From assembly GCA_963769935.1 (NCBI GenBank), contig CAVYNY010000020.1, forward strand, positions 320,001 to 384,000: 64,000 bases of DNA, written 5' to 3'. Position 1 is the stretch's first letter. Each line of letters starts with the position of its first letter. Of the stretch, positions 28,487 to 38,860 are shown one piece after another. The DNA comes from an uncultured delta proteobacterium (lineage in GTDB: Bacteria > Desulfobacterota > Desulfobacteria > Desulfobacterales > JAFDCJ01). The translations under genes and the position numbers were made by a program. The notes beneath the pieces are model-generated. The model did no database searches. It was not told the DNA's origin and saw only the letters and a list, made by a program, of their open reading frames with translations.

Positions 28487-30160
28487 ATGTCGCGCGGCAA
28501 TTTTTTTCTGGCATCTTTCCTGTGGCTGGTCATTGCGTTCCTCGTGATTTATCCCCTCTCCATCCTGATCCTGGAAAGCTTCAAAATTGCCGAAACCGGC
28601 GGGTGGGGCCTGGGCAATTACCTGGAGTTTTTCAAGGACACATATTATCTTAAGATCTTCGGCAACACATTGTTATTGAGCACGATGGTGCTCATGACCA
28701 CGACCGTGGTCGGCGTGCCCCTGGCATATATTCTGGCGCGCTACCACCATTGGGGCAAGACCGTTCTGACCGCCCTGATCCTGCTCCCGATTGTTTTGCC
28801 CGCTTACGCCGGCGTATTTGCGTTCATCATCTTTTTCGGCAAATATGGCACCTTGAATTTGCTTCTGATGGATACGGGATTGATCGACAAGCCGCTAAAT
28901 TTCATCTATGGGCTTCACGGGCTGGTATTCATTCAATCCCTGCACATGCTGCCGTTTATCGTCCTGGGTCTATCGGCCGGATTCACCAACATAGATCCCT
29001 CCTTTGAGGAGGCGGCCGAAGTCGAAGGCGCATCCGGCTTTTGGAGATTTATAACCGTCACTTTGCCGCTTTGTACGCCCAGCTACCTGGCGGGCGCCGT
29101 GCTCGTTTTCCTGTGGCCCTTTACGGATTGGCTGACCCCCTTGATTTTGGGACAGGTGGACTATTTACCCTCGATTTCGTACCTCAACATCGCCTATCAC
29201 TTTACCGATGCCCACCGCAAGTATATGGGGATCGTGGCTGTGGTCGTTTCTTCCATCATTTGCATCTTCCTTTTTTTGCTCGCCAGATGGTGGGTTGAGA
29301 AAAAAAAATATACCGGCCTTTCTAAAGGAACCACTTCTGAAGGCAGGGTCATTGAGCCCAGTCCGCTGGTAAAATCGTGCGCATATTTGTATATGATTTT
29401 CATCGCTCTTCTCGTCCTGATGATACCGATCGTGCTGGGATTGGCCGCTTTCTCCCGCAGATGGACCTTGGAGCCGTTTCCCACCTATTGGACCCTCGAT
29501 AATTTCAGAGTCATCCTTATGCAAACCCCCGGGTTGATGAAAAACTCTTTTCTCTTCAGCGGGATCGCCCTTATTTTCGGGATCAGCTTCGGCCTGCCGG
29601 TGGCCTATCTTGTGGTCCGCACCCGGGTGCCGGGAAAAGATGCACTCGATTTTGTGATCACCCTGATGCTGGCTTTCCCGGGTATTGCCATCGGTGTGAG
29701 TTACCTGCTGGCATTCTGGCAGGGGATACCCCTGGCCACTTACTGGATCATCATGCCGCTGGCATTGTTTGCACGGCGGCTGCCGTATTTTTTGCGCATG
29801 GCCCATTCATCCTATTTGCAGCTGGACCCTTCGCTCGAGGAAGCCTCCGAAGTTTCGGGAGCCGGTAAGTTAAGAACTTTTTTCAAGATCTCATTGCCTT
29901 TGCTGCTCAAAGGGGTGCTCGTCGGTGTGGTGATGTTCTTCATCATGGCGTTTCAGGAGATATCGACGGCAATATTCCTTTATCGCGGCGGATGGGAGAC
30001 CCTGCCCATCGGCATTTTTTTGAACTGGAGCCGCGGCATGGAATTCGGCAATGCCGCTGCCATGGCCTTTTTGATGATCGTGATCACCTTCATACTGCTG
30101 CTGATCATATCCAAAATCGGGGGAAGCGTCCTCAAAGCCGCCTGGGGGGCGAAAGGTTAG
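28487..30160 (+). CDS. ABC transporter permease (FbpB-like, duplicated)
   Basis: Two EAA loops (FEEAAEVEGAS, LEEASEVSGAG); ~12 TM helices. Confidence 0.9.
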   Translation: MSRGNFFLASFLWLVIAFLVIYPLSILILESFKIAETGGWGLGNYLEFFKDTYYLKIFGNTLLLSTMVLMTTTVVGVPLAYILARYHHWGKTVLTALILLPIVLPAYAGVFAFIIFFGKYGTLNLLLMDTGLIDKPLNFIYGLHGLVFIQSLHMLPFIVLGLSAGFTNIDPSFEEAAEVEGASGFWRFITVTLPLCTPSYLAGAVLVFLWPFTDWLTPLILGQVDYLPSISYLNIAYHFTDAHRKYMGIVAVVVSSIICIFLFLLARWWVEKKKYTGLSKGTTSEGRVIEPSPLVKSCAYLYMIFIALLVLMIPIVLGLAAFSRRWTLEPFPTYWTLDNFRVILMQTPGLMKNSFLFSGIALIFGISFGLPVAYLVVRTRVPGKDALDFVITLMLAFPGIAIGVSYLLAFWQGIPLATYWIIMPLALFARRLPYFLRMAHSSYLQLDPSLEEASEVSGAGKLRTFFKISLPLLLKGVLVGVVMFFIMAFQEISTAIFLYRGGWETLPIGIFLNWSRGMEFGNAAAMAFLMIVITFILLLIISKIGGSVLKAAWGAKG

Positions 30161-30168
30161 GAGACATA

Positions 30169-31251
30169 ATGGCATTCATAGAGATCCATAATCTGTTCAA
30201 ATGCTTTAAAAACGTCGTGGCAATCAATCACATCCAGCTGGAGGTGAACCAGGGCGAAATGTTGACGCTGCTCGGGCCCAGCGGCTGCGGCAAAACAACC
30301 ACTCTGCGCTGTATTGCCGGCCTGGAGAGGCCCGATGAGGGTGATATCGTTATCGACGGCAAACCAATGCTGTCACAGGGATTTGTCCAGCCGTCCAAAA
30401 GGGGCATCGGCATGGTGTTCCAGAATTATGCCGTCTGGCCGCACATGAAGGTATACAATAATATTGTCTACGGCTTGAAACTTCAGCGGCTATCCAGGCC
30501 GCGCATCCGGGAAAAGGCGCAACAGGTTCTGGAGATGGTGGGTTTGAACGGTCTGGAGGACAGATACCCCGGCCAATTGAGCGGCGGGCAGCAGCAGCGG
30601 GTGGCGCTGGCGCGGGCGCTGGTCGGCAACCCCAAGGTGCTGCTGCTGGATGAACCGCTGAGCAACCTGGATGCCAAGCTCAGGGAAGAATTGAGATTTG
30701 AAATCAAAAGCCTGGTCAGACGGATGGGCATCACCTCGGTGTATGTCACCCACGATCAGGCCGAGGCGATGGTTATCTCTGATCGCGTCGCCGTCATGGA
30801 ATCCGGCAATGTGGTGCAAATCGCCCCCCCCGAGGAAATATACCAAAAGCCTGCCAACAGATTCGTGGCCGATTTCATCGGCACCATGAATTTTATGCCC
30901 GGGGAGGTCATCGAGGTATTGCCGGGCACCCATGGAGTTTACGTGCGCACCGAATTCAGCGCGAAGTTGCGGTGTACGATGCCGGACAGCAAAGCGGTCA
31001 AAGTCGGCGAAAAAGTGTATGCATCGATTCGTCCCGAGGATGTGGCAATTTTTACGGAGCCGCCTCAAACCGGAGAAAACCTGGTCAAGGGGACCATTGC
31101 CCACAAAGCCTATCTGGGCAATTTTCTGTATCTTTTCGTAAGCGTAAACGAAACCAAGATTCGCGTGCAGGTACCGCACTATGTGCCGCAGGAAGAAGGG
31201 CAGGAACTCTACCTGGTTCTCAATCCGCAAAAATGCATGATTTTGCTTTAG
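30169..31251 (+). CDS. ABC transporter ATP-binding protein (FbpC/PotA-like)
   Basis: GPSGCGKTT, LSGGQQQR, LLLDEP, TOBE-like tail. Confidence 0.93.
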   Translation: MAFIEIHNLFKCFKNVVAINHIQLEVNQGEMLTLLGPSGCGKTTTLRCIAGLERPDEGDIVIDGKPMLSQGFVQPSKRGIGMVFQNYAVWPHMKVYNNIVYGLKLQRLSRPRIREKAQQVLEMVGLNGLEDRYPGQLSGGQQQRVALARALVGNPKVLLLDEPLSNLDAKLREELRFEIKSLVRRMGITSVYVTHDQAEAMVISDRVAVMESGNVVQIAPPEEIYQKPANRFVADFIGTMNFMPGEVIEVLPGTHGVYVRTEFSAKLRCTMPDSKAVKVGEKVYASIRPEDVAIFTEPPQTGENLVKGTIAHKAYLGNFLYLFVSVNETKIRVQVPHYVPQEEGQELYLVLNPQKCMILL

Positions 31252-31300
31252 ATAGGATACTACCAACGCGTTTTAACTCATTCAATGCATTGTAATCTTT

Positions 31301-31651
31301 TCACTTGCCCGGGTCGGATTTACGTCTTTCTTCTTCCTGCTGAACGGTTCTAATCAGGTCGGCAGCTTCACTAACAATGCCCTGCAGCGTCTGCAGGCCT
31401 TCCAGCGACCGATTGGGTCCCAGATCCGCGATAAGAGCCGCCATGGCTTCTATAAATGTTGCATACGCGACCGACCTTGCCTGGACATCATCGATTTGCC
31501 GGCCGATATAATTCAGGATCAGTTCGTCTCTTTGCCTTACGGCTCGCAGCCGGTCCTGCTCGGTGGCGGAATCCGACCGGATGATTCGGTTCAAAGCTTC
31601 TCTTGCGGCATTATAGTTTCTTTGAGCTTCGTCGTTGGTAATCATTTTCAA
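31301..31651 (-). CDS. Hypothetical alpha-helical protein
   Basis: 116 aa; start overlaps the upstream stop; GGAGG RBS. Confidence 0.7.
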   Translation of the reverse strand: MKMITNDEAQRNYNAAREALNRIIRSDSATEQDRLRAVRQRDELILNYIGRQIDDVQARSVAYATFIEAMAALIADLGPNRSLEGLQTLQGIVSEAADLIRTVQQEEERRKSDPGK

Positions 31652-32805
31652 CCTCCCCGACTATCCCGGTAGATGTGGATGGCCTGACGCAGTTCGATGT
31701 AAACCGGCAACAGGTCGCCGACCGGCGGCGTGGTTTTCAAATTGCTTTCGACTGCGGTCAGCAAAGCAAACAGGCTAGCGGATACTTGATCGATCAGCTT
31801 GGCATAGGCATCCACCATGGTTTTATAGGCCGTCAACTCGCCGGTCTTTTTGCGGGCGGCATCAACTTTCGCACCGATTTGCTCCTTAATCTGAACCAGT
31901 TGGCTGTATACGAGGGGCGTACAGGCCTCGGTCGCCTGCTCTTTTTCCGATTCGGTAAGCTCGATCGCCGGTAAGCCCACTGATTTAAGCAGTTCATTAA
32001 ATTCGGTCGTCAATTTTTCCAAATCCGTATTGGATTTATAGTCTAATATCAGGATTCGATATTGACGTCGCAAGTCGGCTGCTTCATCCACGATGCGATC
32101 ATAGGCCAGGTCATTTAAGCCCTGGCGAATGTTAAAGAAATTTTTGGCATCATCCCGCAGCAATTTCAAAAATGACTGAAATGTCTTTTTATCGCCGGGT
32201 TCTGCACTTTCCCGGATAGGAACGCCGATCAGGGGCGCGCCTTTTTTCACGGCAGCCACGAATTTCCGGCGCGATCGTTCAAACTCAGCCAATGTCAAAA
32301 CCTCTTTCAATACTCCGATGTAAGGCGATATGGTGCCGGCAGCCTTGGCGATATCTTCCAGCGGGAAAGTCGCCAGGCTTTGCATCAGGCCATTCACGGC
32401 GGCAGATACCTGGGCCACGCTTTGGCCTTCGGCCAAGCTCAAAAGAACATCATTGTAGCGCTGTACGGCGTCCCAGGCCCGGATCCGAACGGTCACATCA
32501 TCGAGCTTGGCCGCATCTGCGGCTGTCGTGATTGGATCAATATTTGCGGGTCGATCATTTTCAATGGCCGTTGCGGTCCTGGTTCCGGAAGTATTTCCGG
32601 CCTGCAGTTTTCTTGCCTGCTCATACTCTTTGACGGCCGCACTATAGTCGAACAAAACCTGTTCACCGGCAGCCCGGGCATTTGCGAATATTTGTTTGTA
32701 CGATGTGAATTCCCGGATCGGAACCGACGTGCAGGCGAACATGGTTAAAACGAATGCGACAAGGGCCAGCTGAAATGCTTTTTGGGCGGCAGTCCGTATT
32801 ATCAC
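31648..32805 (-). CDS. Hypothetical helical lipoprotein
   Basis: Lipobox-like MFAC after a hydrophobic leader; long amphipathic helices; GGAGG RBS. Confidence 0.7.
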   Translation of the reverse strand: MIIRTAAQKAFQLALVAFVLTMFACTSVPIREFTSYKQIFANARAAGEQVLFDYSAAVKEYEQARKLQAGNTSGTRTATAIENDRPANIDPITTAADAAKLDDVTVRIRAWDAVQRYNDVLLSLAEGQSVAQVSAAVNGLMQSLATFPLEDIAKAAGTISPYIGVLKEVLTLAEFERSRRKFVAAVKKGAPLIGVPIRESAEPGDKKTFQSFLKLLRDDAKNFFNIRQGLNDLAYDRIVDEAADLRRQYRILILDYKSNTDLEKLTTEFNELLKSVGLPAIELTESEKEQATEACTPLVYSQLVQIKEQIGAKVDAARKKTGELTAYKTMVDAYAKLIDQVSASLFALLTAVESNLKTTPPVGDLLPVYIELRQAIHIYRDSRGG

Positions 32806-33285
32806 AAGATATACCTCCGAGCAGTTATACCCAGCGTCATCATTAATTCTGTATTCGCCTTCTTATGGTTGACTTTTCGATAACTGCTGCGGGATTCTTA
32901 GCAGAAAATCAATATTTAATAAAGGACATGATTATCTACCCTTTTTAAATCCGGCCGGCACGAGACTGTCTTCGCGATTCCTGCAGGGAAGCCGGTTAAT
33001 AGAGCCGATGAAATCGGCCACAAATTGATTTTTGGGTTTAAAATAAATTCACACGATGATTTTTGCTTGACAAAAATACCGACGGGGTCTTTACATGTTG
33101 AAGTAGTGCCGAAGACGAGACAGGTCTCTGGACCCTTTTGATCGATTCGATTGAGGATGCATCGGGCTGGATGCAGGGAATCTACCAATGAACGATATTT
33201 GTGAGCGGGATGATTAAAACAGGTTGCCTAAGCGATGGTGCATCCGGCATTAGACCATCAACATTCTAAAAGGAGGAAATTTGTC

Positions 33286-34365
33286 ATGAAACGAAATACT
33301 CTTTATCTGAAATCTTTTCTGGTTTTAACTCTTTGCCTCGTGGTCGGCATCGTCTTAGCCGCGAACGGTAAAGCAGCCGAATTCAAAAAAGAATACAAGA
33401 TGCAGATCAATGTGGGACCGCAATTTTACTGGGGCATGGGGGCCACCAAATTTGCCGAGCTTGTCAAAGAGAAAACCAACGGTCAAATCAATGTCAAACC
33501 ATACTGGGGCAGCTCCCTGTTGAAAGGGGCCCAGTTGAAATCAGCCCAGCTGGTGGCCAACGGGGTCATCGACTGCGCCATGGAATCGACCATCAACATC
33601 TCGCCTGTCATCACGGAAGCCAACATCTTCTCTCTGCCGTTTTTTATCAACAATTTTGAAAATCTCGACAAAATGGAATACGGTCAAACCGGCAAGGCAA
33701 TCTTCGAGGCCATGGACGCCAAAGGTCTGGTGGGGCTGGCCTGGGCCGAAAACGGATTCAGGCAGGTAACCAACAGCAAGTTGGCCATCCACATGCCGTC
33801 CGATTTAAAGGGCCTGCGGCTGCGGGTGGTGGGCAGCCCGATTTTTATCGATATCTTCAGACAGCTCGGCGCCGATCCGGTGAATATGAACTGGGGCGAT
33901 GCCGTCACCGCTTTCGGGCAAGGAGTGGTAGACGGCCAGGAAAACCCGGTTGGTGTTCTGGTGCCGCTGCAGATCTGGCAATATCACAAATATGCCACCT
34001 TCTGGAATTATCTGGTAGATCCGGTTATCTTTTACTGGAATAAAAAACAGTGGAACGAGTTTCCCCCGGACATTCAAAAGAACCTCAAGGAAGCGGCCGA
34101 AGAAGCGGCCATCTATGAAAAGGCGCTGTGCCGGGCCGGCCTGGACGGACAGAAATCCATCGACATTCTGAAAAATAAATTCAATTACACCATGGAGGTC
34201 CCCGACCCCGTTAAATACATGGAAAGCAAGGGCATGACGGTCACGTTCCTGTCGGATGACGGGCGCAATGCCTTTATCGAGGCCACCAAACCGCTGTATG
34301 AAAAATGGGTTCCCAAGATCGGCGAAGAGCTTTATAAACAGTCGATGTCTGACATGGCCAAATAA
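33286..34365 (+). CDS. dctP: TRAP transporter substrate-binding protein DctP
   Basis: ENGFRQVTN, DLKGLRLRV, VDGQENP. Confidence 0.93.
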   Translation: MKRNTLYLKSFLVLTLCLVVGIVLAANGKAAEFKKEYKMQINVGPQFYWGMGATKFAELVKEKTNGQINVKPYWGSSLLKGAQLKSAQLVANGVIDCAMESTINISPVITEANIFSLPFFINNFENLDKMEYGQTGKAIFEAMDAKGLVGLAWAENGFRQVTNSKLAIHMPSDLKGLRLRVVGSPIFIDIFRQLGADPVNMNWGDAVTAFGQGVVDGQENPVGVLVPLQIWQYHKYATFWNYLVDPVIFYWNKKQWNEFPPDIQKNLKEAAEEAAIYEKALCRAGLDGQKSIDILKNKFNYTMEVPDPVKYMESKGMTVTFLSDDGRNAFIEATKPLYEKWVPKIGEELYKQSMSDMAK

Positions 34366-34380
34366 CGTGCACACATCGGA

Positions 34381-34424
34381 AAGCCCCCGGGGAATAATAT
34401 AGGGTGATTCCCGGGGGTTTTTTT
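34381..34424 (+). terminator. Intercistronic hairpin/terminator after dctP
   Basis: AAGCCCCCGGGGAAT...ATTCCCGGGGGTTTTTT. Confidence 0.65.
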
Positions 34425-34436
34425 AAGGAAAATCCA

Positions 34437-34925
34437 ATGGCGCAACCCAACCAACGGTTTCGAATCGACCACTGGATCGTTGCCATCCTTTTATTCACCA
34501 TGGCATCCATTGCATTTGTCAACATACTCAGCCGCTATCTTTTTCACTTCTCATTTGCCGCTACCGAAGAGATTACGATCAATCTTTTTGTGTGGGTCAC
34601 GGTCATCGGCTCCGGCCTGGCTTTTGAGCGCGGGGGCCAACTGGGCATGGTCACCCTGTATAGTTTGTTTTCAAAAAAATTCAAAAAATTGGTGATTGTT
34701 TTCAGTGCTGCCTTGAGTGCCGTTCTCTTTCTGCTGGTTGACATTTACATGATTCAAGCCATCTATGAAGAGCTGACTTTGTTCTACGCCACCTCCGCTG
34801 CTCTGGGGATACCCGTGTGGATCTACTATATCGGCGTTCCGATTTTTTCCGTTTTCGTATTCACCGGCATCTACCGCGATGCGTCTGCGAAGCTGGACGG
34901 GCTGAAGCGGGAAGGGGGCGGATAA
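34437..34925 (+). CDS. dctQ: TRAP transporter small permease DctQ
   Basis: Four TM helices; SRYLF, TEEI, ALGIPVW. Confidence 0.88.
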   Translation: MAQPNQRFRIDHWIVAILLFTMASIAFVNILSRYLFHFSFAATEEITINLFVWVTVIGSGLAFERGGQLGMVTLYSLFSKKFKKLVIVFSAALSAVLFLLVDIYMIQAIYEELTLFYATSAALGIPVWIYYIGVPIFSVFVFTGIYRDASAKLDGLKREGGG

Positions 34926-36218
34926 TTGGAAGCGCTGGTCATCTTTCTGACATTTCTGGCGTTGATGGCCCTCGGCGTTCCGATCGGCACCTCGCTGGGC
35001 ATTGCCGCGGTGGTTACCGTCAGCTGTTTTGATCTGGGCATCGCCATGCTGGGGGTGAACTTCTCCTCCGGGATTGCATCTTTTCCGCTGCTGGCCATCC
35101 CTTTTTTCGTTCTGGCCGGGGTTATCCTTGAAAAGGCCGGTCTGGCAGCGACCATTGCGCACTTTTTTGAATTGCTGGTGGGCAGGGCCGTGGGCGGGCT
35201 GGCCATGGTGGCGGTAATGACCTGCATGTTCTGGGGGGCGCTGTCCGGCTCAGGTCCGGCCACCACGGCCGCTGTCGGCCTTATTCTGCTCAACCCCATG
35301 ATTAAGCACGGTTATGACAAGAATTTTGCCGGTGCGACCATTGCCAATGCTTCGGATCTTTCCATCATCATTCCCCCGAGTATCGCGTTTATCATCTACG
35401 GCAATATCACCAGTGTCTCGGTCAGCGCGCTTTTTGTGGCCGGCATTATTCCCGGGCTTTTGACCGGTGCCGGTGCCATCCTGGTTGCCTATCTGGTTTC
35501 CCGCAAAAGAGGGTACCGGGGGTTGGAGAGAAGAGGTTCCCCCAAAGAGATCCTGATTGCCCTCAAGAATTCCATCTGGGCCATTCTGGCACCGGTGATT
35601 ATCCTGGGCGGCATTTATGCCGGTGTATTTACGCCCACCGAGGCGGCCGTGGTGGCCGTTTTTTACAGCCTGTTTGTCGCCGTCGTCATTTACCGCACCG
35701 TGACCTGGCGGGATATGATCAGCATGCTGGTGGATGCCAGTGTAACGTCTTCGGTCATCATGTTCATCGTGGTGTTTGCCGGCCTCTTTACCTGGGCCGC
35801 TTCGGTGATCGGGGTGGTTGACCAGGCCGCCAACTTCGTGATTTCCATATCGCCGAATGCCGTGGTCATGATTATCCTTATCAATTTTCTTCTGCTTGGA
35901 CTGGGCATGATTCTGGACGCGATCTCCATCTCCTATTTGATTATGCCGATTTTGATCCCGGTTCTGGCGGCCCTTAAGATCGATCCCCTGTGGTATGGCG
36001 TGATCTTTATCTCGGCTTTGGCTATCGGCCAGGCGACGCCCCCGGTGGGAGTAAATCTGTTTACAGCCGCCAATCTGATCAAGGGCGATCTGGACGCGAT
36101 TGCCAAGCAGGCGTTTGTGTTTGTGATAATGGATGTGGTGGTTTTAATTATACTCTCACTGTTTCCGATCCTGTCGCTCTATCTGCCGATAGCGGCGGGA
36201 TTGTACACAGCCCCGTAG
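34926..36218 (+). CDS. dctM: TRAP transporter large permease DctM
   Basis: LLAIPFF, SGSG, IIPPSI, FTPTEA, TPPVG. Confidence 0.93.
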   Translation: MEALVIFLTFLALMALGVPIGTSLGIAAVVTVSCFDLGIAMLGVNFSSGIASFPLLAIPFFVLAGVILEKAGLAATIAHFFELLVGRAVGGLAMVAVMTCMFWGALSGSGPATTAAVGLILLNPMIKHGYDKNFAGATIANASDLSIIIPPSIAFIIYGNITSVSVSALFVAGIIPGLLTGAGAILVAYLVSRKRGYRGLERRGSPKEILIALKNSIWAILAPVIILGGIYAGVFTPTEAAVVAVFYSLFVAVVIYRTVTWRDMISMLVDASVTSSVIMFIVVFAGLFTWAASVIGVVDQAANFVISISPNAVVMIILINFLLLGLGMILDAISISYLIMPILIPVLAALKIDPLWYGVIFISALAIGQATPPVGVNLFTAANLIKGDLDAIAKQAFVFVIMDVVVLIILSLFPILSLYLPIAAGLYTAP

Positions 36219-36600
36219 GCTGGAAGGCTGTTAAGGGCAAGAAATGGAGAAGCGAAGAAGCGAAGAATTTGAGAAGGGGGAAGGGCAAGAAGTGAAGAAG
36301 TGAAGAAGCGAAGAAGTTGAGACATTGGGAAATTGGGAGGGCATGGGGCAAAGGGCATAGCGCATAGCGTGAAGGGGCAGAAGGCAGAGGGCTGAAGAAA
36401 GAATCTGGGATGAGGCGAAGGTGAGAGCAATGGCGGTGGAGCGTCGGCTTTTATCTATGAGCTGTGAGCTGCCAGCTGTCTGTCGGCCAGTTAGCATTTT
36501 AACTTTCAAGCTACCCGGCTTCCATGTTTTTGCGTTTCCCAACTTCTCAACTTCCCCTCTTCTCAACTTCTTGCCTTCAAGCTTCACAAGCCTTCCCGCA
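36219..36600. repeat. Nested inverted 7/8-mer minisatellite
   Basis: GAAGYGAA and GGCATAG arrays followed by CAACTTCT and GCTTYCAA arrays. Confidence 0.8.
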
Positions 36601-36628
36601 TCAACTTATTTTTTCTTGGGAGCACCGC

Positions 36629-37597
36629 ATGACGAATCAGAGCGAGCAATATCTCGGCTACTATCGCACCATGGTCACCATCCGGCAGTTTGAAACTCTG
36701 GCCGGCCAGTTGTATGCCGCCGGAAAGATTCCCGGTTTCATCCATCTGTCCATCGGGCAGGAGGCATCGGCAGTGGGCGTCTGCTCCTGTCTGCGTGCGG
36801 ATGACTATCTGACCACGACCCACCGCGGCCACGGGCATATGATCGCCAAAGGGGCCGATCTCAACAAAATGGTGGCCGAATTGTTCGGGAAAAAAACCGG
36901 CTATTGCAAAGGCAAAGGCGGCTCCATGCACATCGCCGATTTTTCAATCGGCATTCTGGGGGCCAACGGAGTGGTGGCCGGAGGACTGCCCATCATTGCC
37001 GGGGCCGGGTTTTCGATCAAGATGCGCAAGACCGACCAGGTGGCGGTTTGCTTTTTCGGTGACGGGGCTTCCAACCGCGGACCGGTGCACGAAGTCATGA
37101 ACCTGGCCGCTGTCTGGAAATTGCCGATTATTTTCGTGATCGAAAACAATCAGTATGCTTCGACGACTTTGCAGCTGGATGCCTGTTCGGTGGAAGATAT
37201 CTGCCGGCGGGCAGCCGGCTACAACCTGCCGGGCATTGCGGTGGACGGCAATGACGTGCTGCGGGTGCGGCAGGCCACCCTGCAGGCCGTTCAAAGAGCG
37301 CGCCGGGGGGAGGGATCGAGTCTGATTGAAAACAAAACCTATCGCATTAAAGGACATTTTGAGGGCGATCCCCAGAAGTATCGCACTGAGGAAGAAATCA
37401 AAGGCTGGCAGAGCCAAAAAGATCCGATCCGGCGATTTGCTGATTTTTTGACGGCGCAAGACATCCTGACGCCGAAGCTCGATCAGCAGATTCACGATGA
37501 GGCGGCTGTGCGGCTCAAGGATGCGGTGGCGTTTGCCGAAAGTAGTCCTTTCCCGGAACCGCAAGAGGCGCTGGAGGATCTTTTTATAAGTTATTAG
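36629..37597 (+). CDS. TPP-dependent 2-oxoacid/acetoin dehydrogenase E1 alpha
   Basis: GFIHLSIGQE, THRGHGH, GKGGSMH, FFGDGA..ENNQY, TYR..GH. Confidence 0.92.
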   Translation: MTNQSEQYLGYYRTMVTIRQFETLAGQLYAAGKIPGFIHLSIGQEASAVGVCSCLRADDYLTTTHRGHGHMIAKGADLNKMVAELFGKKTGYCKGKGGSMHIADFSIGILGANGVVAGGLPIIAGAGFSIKMRKTDQVAVCFFGDGASNRGPVHEVMNLAAVWKLPIIFVIENNQYASTTLQLDACSVEDICRRAAGYNLPGIAVDGNDVLRVRQATLQAVQRARRGEGSSLIENKTYRIKGHFEGDPQKYRTEEEIKGWQSQKDPIRRFADFLTAQDILTPKLDQQIHDEAAVRLKDAVAFAESSPFPEPQEALEDLFISY

Positions 37598-37623
37598 GCG
37601 CCGAATGCAGACGAAGTCTCTTA

Positions 37624-37707
37624 GGGCTCACTCAAAAATAACTTCACATTTTATACGCCGCTGCATCCCGCCTGGCTGCGTTGCGAAAGCTCGGAATATC
37701 CAAATAT
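37624..37707 (+). mobile_element. Left half of the 156-bp MITE
   Basis: Nearly identical to 47513-47596; preceded by TTA. Confidence 0.85.
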
Positions 37708-37729
37708 CACTGTTACAGGAGCAAAAAAA

Positions 37730-38719
37730 ATGTCGGATCGCATTTTAAGCAGTTCAGCCGCGCTGGCGGAAGCATTGCACGAGGAAATGGCACGCGATGA
37801 GACCATTTTTATCGTGGGTGAAGATCTTGTGGCCCATGCCGGAATTTTCGGACAGTTTAAGGGTATCCCTGAAAGCTTTCCCGGCCGGATCATCGATACC
37901 CCGGTCAGCGAAACGGCTATTATCGGTGTGGGTCTCGGAGCAGCCCTGACCGGCATGCGGCCGATTGTCGATCTGCATTTTTCCGATTTCGTCACCTGCT
38001 GCATGGACGAGTTGGTCAACCAGACTGCTAAAATTCGCTACATGCTGGGCGGGCAGGTCAAAATACCGATGGTCGTCTGGTGTCCGGACGGGGCCGGAAT
38101 ACGGGCGGCCGCCCAGCATAGCCAATCACTGGAAGCCTGGTTTGTCCACACCCCGGGGCTCAAGGTGGTGGTGCCGAGCGAGCCGGCCGACGTCAAAGGG
38201 CTCATCAAGACCGCTATTCGCGACGATGACCCGGTTATGTTCTTCCAGCATAAAAAACTGTTTGCCAGGGAGGGGCCGGTGCCCGAGGGAGACTTTACCA
38301 TCCCGCTGGGACAGGCCGCCGTCAAGCGGCCGGGCCGGGACGTAACGCTTGTCTGCTATGGTTCAAGCTTTTATTTATGTAAAGAAGCGGCCGAACAACT
38401 CGCCGGCATGAGCATCGAGGCGGAAATTGTTGATCTGAGAAGCCTCAAACCACTGGACATGCCGACCGTGGCCGGGTCCATCCGGAAAACCGGACGGGCG
38501 GTGATCGTCCATGAAGCCTGCCTGACCGGAGGTTTTGGCGCCGAGATGGCTGCCCGCATCCAGGAGGAGTTATTCGACTGCCTGCAGGCGCCGGTCAAGC
38601 GGGTTGCAGCCAAAGATGTACCCATACCCTTTTCCCCGTCGCTGGAAGATTACGTGCTGCCCAAAGTGTCCGATGTGGTTGCGGCGGCGCAGCAGGTTGT
38701 GTACCGCTCTGAAAAATAA
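37730..38719 (+). CDS. 2-oxoacid/acetoin dehydrogenase E1 beta
   Basis: GED, DTPVSE, AAQHSQS, PGLKVV, DLRSLKPLD. Confidence 0.92.
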   Translation: MSDRILSSSAALAEALHEEMARDETIFIVGEDLVAHAGIFGQFKGIPESFPGRIIDTPVSETAIIGVGLGAALTGMRPIVDLHFSDFVTCCMDELVNQTAKIRYMLGGQVKIPMVVWCPDGAGIRAAAQHSQSLEAWFVHTPGLKVVVPSEPADVKGLIKTAIRDDDPVMFFQHKKLFAREGPVPEGDFTIPLGQAAVKRPGRDVTLVCYGSSFYLCKEAAEQLAGMSIEAEIVDLRSLKPLDMPTVAGSIRKTGRAVIVHEACLTGGFGAEMAARIQEELFDCLQAPVKRVAAKDVPIPFSPSLEDYVLPKVSDVVAAAQQVVYRSEK

Positions 38720-38860
38720 CTATATCAGGCGTTAAAAAAATGTTTTAACTTTAAAAATTTTATGAAACTCACTTGATGCGGATCCGGGCGGATTAATTAA
38801 GAACCTTTTTGCAATCCCTCTGCAACCCAGATTTTAATGATCGATGTCAAAGGAGATCCC

